DNA of 64,000 nucleotides from Flectonema sp. DT1601. Taxonomy: Eukaryota. The notes under the pieces were generated by a model. It saw only the letters and a program-made list of their open reading frames with translations, was not told the DNA's origin and did not search any database. Below are positions 1 through 10,952 of this stretch, one piece after another. The stretch is from assembly GCA_964019425.1 (NCBI GenBank), contig OZ025789.1, positions 558,001 to 622,000 on the forward strand, in the 5' to 3' direction. The stretch's first letter is position 1; every line of letters begins with the position of its first letter. The translations under genes and the position numbers were made by a program.

Positions 1-1537
1 CTTGTTTACTTGTTACGACAACTGTTTTCCCCCAATAGTTTCTGTACAGATAGTATGATCGAGAACCCTATGAACCCTTTTTTTTTTTTTTTTTTTTTTT
101 TGGTGAAAGAAAAAAATAAAAAAGAAATAATTTTTTTTGTCACCTTTTTTATTATTGTTTCTGAGACGATGCGAAATATACGTGTTGCTTTTAGTCAAAA
201 AAAGTGAGACTTTCTTTGCTTGAGACTGACACCCCCCCCTCGTTCTCCACTTCTTTATTTCAATTACAATTCTTTTTGTTGAATTTCAACTATGTGTACA
301 ACTTTCTAGAATAAGAATAGCAAAATGCTATTCCGACCTTCATTGCAGCCATTACACTCCCTTTTACCAATTCACAAGTTTAATTTACTGTCAACTACCG
401 AAGGTTAGTTGCTTATAAATTTTCGGGCAATTCCACGCAAATTGTATTCGGAACCTTTTTGCGTTGAGATCCGTCATGTCACAAACTGTTATGTAGAATT
501 TATAATTTTTTTTCCCTGATTTCCTTTCCTCCTTTTTACTGTAAAATCGTAAATAACACGAATTCAAAAAAAAAAAAAAAAAAAAAAAAAAAGTATAAAC
601 CATATTTTTTTTAAATATCGAACGACATTTCTACCTTAGCAAGATTACCGCGAACCCTAATGATAAAAGAGGAAATAATATCTGGAGATGATCTCTGGCG
701 TGTTTTGTGTGTTTTGTTTCTTCTTTTTTTTCCCCTTCCGAGAGTATTACAGGCCAAGGGAGTACGCGAAACACGCAGAAGCCTTTCTACTGAAAGAGGA
801 TCGTTTTTCTGTTCAGCCAAGGCTTTAAAGTTTTACTTTCTCTGGCGTCAAAAACTTCAGTCCGTCATCGGGGTCAACCCCGATCAAAATAAATTATCAA
901 AACAGCAATTTGTTGCCACCAAAAGGTACAAACCAGCGTGATTGTTGTGAAGTTGGAGTGATTGTCTCTTCTCTCTAACATTCCTTTCCAAAAAAAAAAA
1001 AAAAAAATTGCGTACGCTCACGTTACGTTATTTTTTTTTCCATTTTTATTTTTCCCGTTTTTTTTAAAAAAAGTAGAGTCTTGTTATATTTTGGAGCGCA
1101 ACGTTTTCGAACTACCCACAATATACCCGTCAGGAGGCAACTTGTACTTGGCTTACAATTTTAAAGACTACCGGTTTTCTCAGATAGAATTCCAGCAGAC
1201 AAAGAAAAGTAAAAGAACTGTACTAGCATGTGGTTTCTTCCCGGCATCTTCGCTTCGGCGAAAAAAAAAAAAAAAAGAAACATCTGTGTTCTCTTCCGGC
1301 ATTAAAAAAAAAAAAAGAAAATATAATAATGTGGTGATAACTATCTATCGCACGGCTTCTCTATAAAACAAATAACCGCATTTTTCTGAATTGGTGTACG
1401 ATTTCATACTCATATTCTTTTCTCTGCATGCAATCTCGATGGCAAACGTCAACTGTTTCCTGTGAGATGGATCACAAAATTTCCTTTGTAAATAGCAATT
1501 AATTACAACTCATGTCTGAACAGAATTATTAAAGAAA

Positions 1538-2446
1538 ATGTCATCACTCGCTGAGAGATATGCGAAGTGGGATCAGTTTGAAGAACTGGATGATGATAAT
1601 AATAAAATTCACGACCTGAATGCAATTACAGGACCACCCGAAGAAGTTGCAGCAATTCGAAAAAATTGGGGATTGACTAGTGAAACAAAAACAGTAAGAA
1701 ACACTACTAAGGCAACACCACAACCTGAAGTTGTAAACAAACCCTTACAGCTGGAGGACAATGAAGCACCGGCAGAGGTAATTGAAGGAGGAACAAAGAA
1801 ACAGCCAAACACATACTTCGACAGATGGAACAACTACGACGCTGAAGCTGAATGCCTGTCCCTTGACAATGATGGTAAAGCAGAACCTGATGAAGCACCT
1901 CAACTATTGAAAGCTTCAAACGGTAGAATTGACGTCGAAGCCGTCAATTACAAACAAGATCGAGACGAATGGGAGATCGATCAAGATTTCGAAAAAGCAT
2001 CCTCAGACCTAAAAATCCGCATGTCCCGTTGTTTTCGTGGTGCCTTCTCAATGAAGGAAGAGGGAAATACTGCCTTAAAGTTAGGAAATATTAAAACTGC
2101 CGGTAACAAATACACCGAAGGGATCTCTCTCATTCAGTCATGTCTTAATGCTATTACACTAATGTCATCATCGATGGCTGATAAAATAAAAGATTTGGCC
2201 GCTAATCTGCACGCCAACTATTCGTTAGTTCAAATTAAACTACAAAACTACCCTTCTGCTCTGTCTCACGCGGATTCTGCTTTAGAACAGATTCCATCCC
2301 ATGAAAAAGCACTTTACCGCAGAGGGCTTGCAGCGTATCACACTGCTGACTATAAGACGGCTCTTGATTCGTTGAAAAGATGCTCTGCTGGTAACACTGC
2401 TGCGGAAAAACTTCGGAAGGATGTTATGGTAAAGTGTGCTGCGTGA
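1538..2446 (+). CDS. TPR-domain protein, probable co-chaperone (302 aa)
   Basis: C-terminal three-TPR pattern (KEEGNTALKLG...YTEGI; LHANYSLVQIKLQNYPSALSHADSAL; HEKALYRRGLAAYH). Two N-terminal Y-x-(K/R)-W-(D/N)-like motifs (YAKWDQF, YFDRWNNYD). CAG at 1521-1523 just upstream of the ATG. Confidence 0.8.
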   Translation: MSSLAERYAKWDQFEELDDDNNKIHDLNAITGPPEEVAAIRKNWGLTSETKTVRNTTKATPQPEVVNKPLQLEDNEAPAEVIEGGTKKQPNTYFDRWNNYDAEAECLSLDNDGKAEPDEAPQLLKASNGRIDVEAVNYKQDRDEWEIDQDFEKASSDLKIRMSRCFRGAFSMKEEGNTALKLGNIKTAGNKYTEGISLIQSCLNAITLMSSSMADKIKDLAANLHANYSLVQIKLQNYPSALSHADSALEQIPSHEKALYRRGLAAYHTADYKTALDSLKRCSAGNTAAEKLRKDVMVKCAA

Positions 2447-2735
2447 TTGACGCACACCTGGTTTAACAAACAGACAAAAAAAAACAAAACAAAAAAAACG
2501 TCAAACATCTTCCCTAACCTTCCTGACGTTCCTTCGGGTCGCTAATAGCCTTTTTTATGATGAGTATTCGACCTAGTTGAGTGAAATATTCTTATGATAG
2601 TTGAATTTACTTTATTCTAAATTACAGATTCGTTTGTTTACATCAAAAGACCGAGTGGGGAGTACTTACACTCTCCCCTCATACTGGCGATAGCAGGCGA
2701 GGTAATTATATTTTCACAGGGAAGTATTTTGTTCA

Positions 2736-3434
2736 ATGAAAACAATAGGACTTCTGGGAGGCATGAGTTGGGAATCAACAGCCAGCTACTATAACGTTAT
2801 AAATGAAGAAATAAAGTCAAAATTAGGAGGTTTTCACTCAGCTAAGATTATAATGGTTAGTGTTAACTTCGCGGAGATTGAGGAGCTTCAAAGGGAAGGT
2901 CGTTGGGATCAAATTAGTAAAATTTTGGGAAAAGCGGTGAAAAATTTAGAAAATGGTGGAGCTGATTTCTTTTTAATTTGTTCGAATACTATTCATATCA
3001 TCGCAGAAGAACTTCAAATCCAAGTAACCATTCCACTCATTCACATCGTTGATGCTGTTGGTGACATGCTATCAAGGCATTGCATTACAACAGTTGGTCT
3101 TCTAGGAACCATATTCACAATCGATAATCCTTTTTACAAAAACATCCTAAAAACAAAATACAACATCAACGTTGAAATCCCTTCTGAATCTGATTGTAAA
3201 ATTATTAATAAAATTATTTATGAAGAGCTTTGTCTTGGAACTATAAACAACGAATCACTTTCCGAGTGTAAGAGAATAATTGAATTGCTCGCGAGTAAAG
3301 GAGCTGAAGGAGTCGTATTGGGATGTACCGAGTTAGGTCTTCTCATAAATTCTTATGAGATATCAATACCACTATTTGATACGTTACAAATCCACGCTAA
3401 GTATGCAGTTGGAAAGTCTCTCAGTACAGAGTGA
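2736..3434 (+). CDS. PLP-independent aspartate/glutamate racemase family protein, bacterial YgeA/RacX-like (232 aa)
   Basis: N-terminus MKTIGLLGGMSWESTASYY and motifs GADFFLICSNTIH, IPLIHI, VGLLGT, IIYEELCLG, GVVLGCTEL, PLFDT. Full length for the family, intronless. Confidence 0.92.
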   Translation: MKTIGLLGGMSWESTASYYNVINEEIKSKLGGFHSAKIIMVSVNFAEIEELQREGRWDQISKILGKAVKNLENGGADFFLICSNTIHIIAEELQIQVTIPLIHIVDAVGDMLSRHCITTVGLLGTIFTIDNPFYKNILKTKYNINVEIPSESDCKIINKIIYEELCLGTINNESLSECKRIIELLASKGAEGVVLGCTELGLLINSYEISIPLFDTLQIHAKYAVGKSLSTE

Positions 3435-3517
3435 TTTCATGTTTTGTTTTTGAATATACCGAGCGATAACCTTTTTCATTATTTATTTACAATAAACCAG
3501 GCGTTGCAGTAGTCAAT

Positions 3518-6337
3518 ATGGACAGCACACCTGCCCCGTTAGCGTACGCAGAGGGATTTCATGAAGGGATTGGATCATCAGCTCACTTAGCAGTCCTACT
3601 AATTTGGTGTATTATTAGTGGAGCGATATTACTGTGTTCTGTGATATGGCTTAGTGTTGGGAGGAGGATGAAGATGTCTTCAATAATGTTCGTGATGGCT
3701 TGGACTAGTGTGACAAGTGTTTCTATTATAACATGGTTGGTCACTCACAATACTGTTAAAGAAGGAATGGAACAGGAAATGCGTCGATCGATGACTGCTA
3801 CCGCAAACGAAGTAGAAATCTTAGTGAGAAAAGACTTAACTGTTGGCACACAACTAACAGTTCTCGTTGCAGAGCTTCAAGGTCACTCTTTCGATATGTA
3901 TGCACCATTTCCTGCTCCACAACAGTTTCTCGCTAAACTAGTTCACTCACTTGGTGCTGCATCAAGTTCGATGGGTCTACTGTACTACGCTACTTCAAAT
4001 GGAACTGTAAATGGAGTCTTGTATCGTCAACAAGATGGTACTTATTCATTACTAGTTGGATTTCCAACTGTTGATTCAGATATTAAATGCATACCAAGTA
4101 TTTGTACTTCTTCAAGCTTTTCAAGTGGATCAGCTGGATGTACTTGTCCTTGTGGTGAACCATGTAGTGGTGGTGGTGGTATTAAACTAACCAGATCACT
4201 GTGTCCGTCATCTTGTAATAAAGGATGTAGTACTGCTTGTCCAACAACTCCTGCATTCGGAGTTATCCCGACTGATAGAAAACTTGGAGAGTTTCATCTT
4301 GGTCTCGAAGCACCTGTCACAACAGTTCCGTTTGAACCAAAAAACACTGGCTGGTACACAATTGCTGATAGAGGCATATCTTGGGGTCCACCTCAGTGGT
4401 TATTGGGTTTGTTTCTTCTTTTTTTATTCACAGTTTGTCTTCTGATACAGTAATAGATTAGTAAAAAAAATAACAAAACAGAGGGATCTCTTTTCATAAC
4501 CGCCTCACACGGACTGTACGTCGGAGACGAGAAAGTGGGTGCAGTTGCTGTGGATCTTATAATGGAATGGGTGAGTACGGAAATGATACGCATCAAGCCA
4601 ACACCTAATAGTGCTATGTTATTAGTACAACTTCCTGGTTATGTATTGGCTGGTAGTTTTAGTCAGGATGTATTAGTGCAAAATGAAAATGGAAGACCTG
4701 TAATGTACGACGCCTTAAATCACAATCACGCAGAGGTACGTGATATTGTTCAATCCGTGGCGAACACATTTGGATCTCTCGAAGCTGCATTTAAACAATC
4801 AGCAATTACTCAACGAGATGATGAAGATCAGGTACTGTTGTCAAGACCATTGACATTAGAAGGAAATCTTCAACTATTAATAATCATTGCGATCCCGCAT
4901 GATGATATATTAGGAAAGATTGATGATGCTTGGGAAGAAGCATTCGTTACAGCTGCAAGCATCAGCATGCTTGTAGCGATATTATTTTACTTGTTCTGCA
5001 AGACTATAACTCGTCCACTCAAGAATCTCGCACAAGACATGAACGATGCTGCCTGGATGCGTATTGATGCTGTTCCTGTAAGAAATTCTGGCATCGTTTA
5101 TGAAGTCGCTTGGATGATTGCGAGTTTCCATCTGATGGTCAATACGTTGTCTAATTTCAAACCATACTTGTCTCAGGCGGTGTTGCATGCACAGGCGAAT
5201 GCTTTGCAAGAAAATCGACAGCTGACGGAAGAAGAAATGAATGAAATTACGAATACTGCCAATGCCACTAACGCCACGACTGAAGACGTTCCGAGTGCCA
5301 CAGTCGATGTCGATGATGAAATAGCTGCTGCGGCACAACGTGACGTGAGACCTATCTTAAGACGTGCTTCCTTACACAGACATCACAGTAATCAATTAGC
5401 TCCTCAAAACGCTCCAACAGTCACGTCTTTGTTAGCATTTTCAGTTGATCATTTGCTACCAAAGAACCTTGCGATTGTTTATTTTAATTATCTTCAATTT
5501 CACACTCGTCTTGCTGAGGAGATGGCGACGGTTGCGTCAGCACCAGTTGGGAATAGTACTTATACTGTGACACAAAATGATCAACAGACTACCCCAGCTG
5601 GACCTGCTGTGACCAACCGGGATCAGATAGGAAAGAAGTTAGTGATCGCTCATCAAGAATACCTCCAACTTTGTATGGATGAAGCGAGTAAGGCTGATGG
5701 TATAGTTGAAAAACTTTTGGGTGATAAAATAATCGCATCGTTCAACGCAAGTAAGCAGTGTAGTCAACACACAGCTCACGCGTTGCATTGCGCTACTGCA
5801 GTGTGCACTGACATGGAGAAAATAGTAAATTGCGGTGTTGCTTCTGGTAAGGGTTTCATTGGAAACTTAGGGACGTCATCTCTAAGAGAAAGATCATTAA
5901 TTTCACAGGCTGTGACAACGGCAGCTACGCTTGAGAGGATTGGTTCACGTGACGGTATTGCTGTTCTTGGTGACGAAAATTCATGCCGATCGAATGGTCT
6001 GGATTTTAATATTAAAATTCACAAGAGAGTAATTCTAAATCCCCTTTCATCTCCAATTATTGTTTTACAAGTATTCTCAGAGATTAATCACATTCAAAAC
6101 CCTTCTTCTTGGATGTACTCTTCTCCACCTGATTCAGCTGATCAGCAAATTATCACATCTGGGAAATACCAAGCATACAACAATGCTTTGCAACATCTGT
6201 GGGCAGGGAAATACCAAAACGCTATTAACCAGTTGAAAGAAAAGGATGATTCTGAGCACAAAGCTCTTCTCGATGGAGTGAGAGAATCTCAAAAAAGCGA
6301 TTCCCGTGACTTCCTAACAACGTTACTTACGCACTAG
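3518..6337 (+). CDS. Membrane receptor-like protein: TM helices, Cache-like extracellular region with Cys-rich insert, TM/HAMP-like linker, degenerate class III nucleotide cyclase-like domain; join(3518..4406,4482..6337), ~914 aa
   Basis: Two same-frame ORFs are joined by a 75-nt GT-AG intron (gtttgt at 4407, taacaaaacag ending 4481), giving WGPPQWLLEGSLFITASH...VGAVAVDL, a Cache-like motif. ITRPLKNLA follows the TM helix. Cyclase-like motifs GIVEKLLGDKIIASFN and CGVASGKGFIGNLG. Confidence 0.75.
4407..4481 (+). other. Spliceosomal GT-AG intron (75 nt)
   Basis: Removes the in-frame stops at 4451-4456 and restores a continuous protein. The 3' end taacaaaacag resembles the other introns in the window. 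Confidence 0.75.
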
Positions 6338-6510
6338 TATCACGCTCTTTGCTCCTGCTTAACTGATTTCTGTCAACAAAAGCAGAGTTGAGTTTTCGCA
6401 TTTATTCTATTTTTTTTTCTTTTTTCGAAGGATCGAAATCAAGTCCAACCTTGTTTACACGGAGGGAAATTACCTTCTAAAGTATTTATTAAGGGGGGAA
6501 AGAAGAAGGG

Positions 6511-6541
<31 letters not shown>

Positions 6542-6848
6542 TTTGTAGTAATTTAGTTGAAAGGGGCTTCTCTCCTTCAAAAGAAGAGGATAGCATTTTT
6601 TTTTTTTTTTTTTTTAGTTGTAGCCCTTTTCCAAGGCACTTTTTTGGTAAGAGAAAGTAAGTTTGAAAAAAATAAATATCTGCTTACGACTATTTTAGTT
6701 ATCTCTCTTTGAATCAACAGATCTATATTTTATAAATCTGCTCGATGAGAAGTGTCCCTACGAGATAAGAGCCAACTCAATATCCGAAACGGAAAAAAAA
6801 AAAAAAAAAAAAAAAATTATTTTTTCTTCTTCTCACTTCTTATTCGAC

Positions 6849-7137
6849 AGAGAATAGTCTCTATACGAAAAAAAAAAATCGGAAGTTAATTAGGCTGCTG
6901 AGATCTAAGCAAGTAATAGGCCAACTTCATACATATCAACTGCTCACGTAATTAGCTGAGGGGTTGAATGACGCCTACCTGATTCGGTAGAGAACAGTCT
7001 CTGCGAAAAATCGGAGGTTATTAGGCTGCTGAGATCTAAGCAAGTAATAGGCCAACTTCTTATTTATCAACTGCTCACGTAATTAGTTGAGCGGTTGAAC
7101 GACACCTACCTGACTCGGTAGAGAACAGTCTCTGCGC
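6849..7137. repeat. Imperfect tandem repeat, ~131-140 bp unit, about 2.1 copies
   Basis: agagaa(t/c)agtctct starts at 6849, 6989 and 7120. The internal block ttaggctgctgagatctaagcaagtaataggccaacttc is identical in both full units. Confidence 0.9.
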
Positions 7138-8805
7138 AAAAATTTACTACCAGATTTAATTTTCCCCCCGCCCTAGTTTTATGTTGTCAGAGTTTTTTTA
7201 CTCCCCTTCACTCTGAGTATCAATTTCCATCCACGAACCGACTCACGAAAAAAAAAAAAAAAAAAAAAAAAATACTTTTTGCTTGTGATTGAAGGTAATT
7301 AAAAAAAAAAAAAAAAAAAACGAAACGAAAAAAGAAAAAAACATAAAAATATTCTAGTTGACAGTTGTTGTTCTCAATTTTTGAAGGCGCCACTTGAATG
7401 TGTTTCGTACCTTACTCACTTCTGTGGTTGGGTGGCGTTGCTTGCGAAGGTACACCAGATGCGGACATTAAAAAAGTCTTCCCTTTTAAATAGGAATACG
7501 ACGTTAGCTGCATTCAGCCTTAGTTAGGTACATTTGTTGAAGAGGTGTGGTGGGCTGTTGTAAGGGCTTTCCCCCGAGTTTTTCGCCTCCCGATTTTTTT
7601 TTTTTTTTTTTTTTTGTGGAGAACTGATTCATTCACAAGAACCCTATCCTGTTTTCATTGCGATTCTTATTACTATTAATTTACGATTCTTCTCAATTAT
7701 TTATTTTTTTTTCTCTCTCCCCTTTCTTTTAATTTAGGGTACCAGTTATTCCTTAGTTATTTTTTTTTTACTTTTTTTTTTTTCTACCTGCTTACCAAAA
7801 AGATAGAGTTCTTGTGACTTTGTGGAAGCAACTTTTTTAAGACAAAAAGATCGTTACTGGCATTTATTGTGTGCAGCATCGATCATTTTGCTTATTTTTC
7901 TACCACATCCCTCCTACGTGTAATTCAACCCCCCTCAGATTTATCATTTGCTCAAATTCAGTGGTACATTTGGGGATTTTTTATTTTTATTTTAAAAAAT
8001 TACTTCTAAAGTGTGTGTGTGTGCTATACCACAATAGACACGGACTTAAGGAGGGTGATGGTTGAGTTTACTGAAATTAAAAAAAAAAAAGCATTCGACC
8101 CTTTTATCAGCCTCCTGGATTTGTCAAGAGATTGATCTGTTTTTAGTACTTACCCCCTCCTTAGATTGACCGTAAGGCGATCACTATTAGTTGTAACTTA
8201 TTCCGTTTTTTTTTTTTCTCTTTTTTTTTCATTTGCATTATCCCTGTTTAAAGTACTGAAACTCGGCTCACTCGCGATAAAAACTCCTCCTCTGTTTTTC
8301 CTAGTTTTTTTTTTTTTTAAAAATGCACTTGATATCAAAAAAAAAAAGGATTTGTTTTGGTTTTTCCCCAGTTGTTCAAGCAACCGCTGCTTGTTTGGAA
8401 GTCAACCTGTCCAGGTCTGGCCATTCAAAAAAAAAGAATTTCTTTTTTTTTCCGTTTCTCGCATAGTCAAGATTGGGTTGTTCTCCTTTTTTTTTTTCCT
8501 TCTTCTTTTTTTTCTTCCCCACGAAATAATAAGTCTGGCCACCCGAGGATATATATAGTACAAAAAAAAAAAAAAAAAAAAAAAAACCCTTTTTCTTACT
8601 TGTTGTGTCAAAAGTACAATAATACGTTTCTTGACTGTTTGCTCTACCTGTGTGTTTTGTTAAGACATAATTAAAAATCTCATTTTCTCTTATTCATATC
8701 CAAAACATAAAAATAAACTTGTTGGCATTATCCTATACATGTACTAATATTAATGAAGTTGTATTTTATACTATAGTCATCACACAGTACACAAAAAAAG
8801 ACCTT

Positions 8806-9459
8806 ATGGGTCAGGGGTTGGGAACCTGCTTGGAAAAGACTAAAGAGGAAACAACAGTGTGTGTTGTTGGTTTAAGTGGAGTCGGTAAAACAACAGCTTG
8901 TCTTAGGATCCTTCAACGAGAGGATTCTGTGAGACCGACTGGAGTAGAAGAATGTATGAAAGGAAATCATCAAAGCGCTTTACGACTAAATAGATGGAAG
9001 GCAAAGTACTCTCACGAGAGTGGTCACGAGATCAATATGCAGTTAATCGACCTCGGAGGTAAAGTTGATCACCAAGTCGTTTGGAGTAAATATTACGCCA
9101 ATGTGAGAGCGATGATTTATGTTTTTGACGCCAGTTCTTCTCAGGCTTTTGAAGATGCAGTTACTACTTTTAGAAATCACGTACTCCCACATACACTCGG
9201 AGCTTGCATTCCTCTTCTTATTCTTGGGAATATCAAAGATGACATCGTAGCTGTGTCTCAGAGTACGGCAATCGCTTCATTCGGACTTTATGAAGATGAC
9301 TCTTCCAACTGGCATTACCAACAGTGTAGTGCTCTTACTGGAGAAGGTCTGGATGATGGTATTGCTGCTCTCTCAAGGATGGCAGAGAGAAATACTCAAC
9401 AACACCTTGAGAGTGGTTTTCATAAAGGTTGGTTCTTTGATTTTCGTAATTTCTGGTAA
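8806..9459 (+). CDS. Arf/Arl-family small GTPase with atypical motifs (217 aa)
   Basis: ATG at 8806 gives MGQGLG (Gly2, possible myristoylation). P-loop GLSGVGKTT, PTG, DLGG, W-x-x-YY, IYVFDAS, PLLILGNIKD, CSALTGEGL. Confidence 0.85.
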   Translation: MGQGLGTCLEKTKEETTVCVVGLSGVGKTTACLRILQREDSVRPTGVEECMKGNHQSALRLNRWKAKYSHESGHEINMQLIDLGGKVDHQVVWSKYYANVRAMIYVFDASSSQAFEDAVTTFRNHVLPHTLGACIPLLILGNIKDDIVAVSQSTAIASFGLYEDDSSNWHYQQCSALTGEGLDDGIAALSRMAERNTQQHLESGFHKGWFFDFRNFW

Positions 9460-9699
9460 ACAGCTATCCACAATCTCGTCAAATTTTCTGATTTATTGTA
9501 AACCTTTTAATAGAATGTATGAAGGTAGACATCGATATGGATTGTAAACCTGAGTACACAATCCTATGTTACACGGTGTCTGTTTCAGTTATGATAGTAC
9601 GTATCGGTTGTTTGATTATTGTTTGTTTGTGTCGGGAGGGGTACTTTAATTTATTTATTCCTCCGGTTCAGAAAGTTTTTTTCTAATTCCTCCTAAATA

Positions 9700-10122
9700 A
9701 TGTCAAATTTTAAATCCGTCTTGTTAGTTGTCATAGCCGCAGTGCTTTTGTTAGTAGTGACTCCTGTAAACGCTGCACCGAAGAGGAAGACACTCGAGAA
9801 GAAGAGTATACGTGAATTGAAAGAATTCGTAAACGAACGAGGTGGTGCCTGTGTTGGATGCATTGAAAAACGTCACCTGGTAGATGAAGCAATGGCCGTA
9901 AGAAAGCGAAAAACTAGTGAAGAACAGCTAATCTCAGAATTAGCTTCTACCCCAGGAATGTACCTCCACCCGACTTACGTGACTACCTTCGATATTGATG
10001 AAGAACGGAAAAGGAAACAAAATAAAGAAGAAAAACCGACTGAAGAAGACCCCTGTATTCGATGCTATGTAATCCACAATAACGGAACACAGTCGTGTGT
10101 TGATATGTGTGCGAGAAGTTGA
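9700..10122 (+). CDS. Small secreted/ER protein with ARMET/MANF C-terminal SAP-like domain (140 aa)
   Basis: Signal peptide (LLVVIAAVLLLVVTPVNA) followed by LEKKSIRELKEFVNERGGACVGCIEKRHLV, matching the L-x-K...ELK...C-x-G-C-x-EK pattern of ARMET_C. Confidence 0.7.
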   Translation: MSNFKSVLLVVIAAVLLLVVTPVNAAPKRKTLEKKSIRELKEFVNERGGACVGCIEKRHLVDEAMAVRKRKTSEEQLISELASTPGMYLHPTYVTTFDIDEERKRKQNKEEKPTEEDPCIRCYVIHNNGTQSCVDMCARS

Positions 10123-10266
10123 ACTCTTAAACAACAAGAGAAGTGACCAGGTGTTATGTTTGACCAAAACGACTGTCTTGCGATTGCCATCATCGTATTT
10201 ATCGAAACCTAACGACTACTATGGTAGTCAATTATTAGCGGATGTGAATTAATGATTTCATTTTTG

Positions 10267-10269
10267 TTA

Positions 10270-10334
<65 letters not shown>
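10267..10334. repeat. (TTA)n microsatellite
   Basis: About 20 tandem tta units, visible directly. The poly-Leu ORF over it is spurious. Confidence 0.95.
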
Positions 10335-10952
10335 TTATATTGCCCGCTCCTCTCTTTTATTATTATTTCTTGCTAACAACTTATCCTTGTCTTCCTCTCT
10401 CTCTCCTAACCAAATTAATATAATGAAGCCCTCCTGTCCCGAACTGTTAGAGTTAACAGCTGTAAAGTTAGTGTTGATGGGGATCTTCATTCATATATAT
10501 TTGAAAAAAAATAAAAGTATGTTTTATCGTTATTCCTCTCTCTTTTTTTTTTCTCTTTTTTTTTGATCGGTGAATATCGAGTCGCCTTACTGTTTGTTGT
10601 TGTTCTTGGTTTTCTTTTTTAGTTATCCTGCTTTCTGAGCCTCGTTATTGTCCTCAGTTATTCGTTTTGAAAAAACTTAGTAGCCGATTTGCTGGTTTTT
10701 TGTGTTTTTCTTTTTGGATACAAAGCAGACAAATTTCGTGTTTCCGTAGTGGAAATTCATTCACTTTTATTATTATTTTCCTCTCTTTTCATTGTACCCC
10801 CCCCCGCAGTCTTGTTGCGTACCAACCTGCGTACACGAGAAACTGCTTTGACAGGTTCTTTGATATTATTCTTTTTTTTTTATTTATCATTTATGTTGTG
10901 TGGATTATTTTTTTTGTTAACTTCGCAGACCCCCCCTTAAAATACACGATAT

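Noticed and set aside
10..1366. Short F/K-rich ORFs here and throughout 7871-8674, 28164-35087, 44730-45776, 53377-54379 and 62204-63361
   Set aside because: They arise from poly(T)/poly(A) runs, mostly start at non-ATG codons, and show no domain motifs.
2650..2700. Hairpin upstream of the racemase as an integron attC remnant
   Set aside because: There is an imperfect gagtggggagt/actctcccctc stem, but no convincing RYYYAAC...GTTRRRY pair.
10252..10566. Poly-Leu ORF
   Set aside because: It is the translation of the (TTA)n microsatellite.
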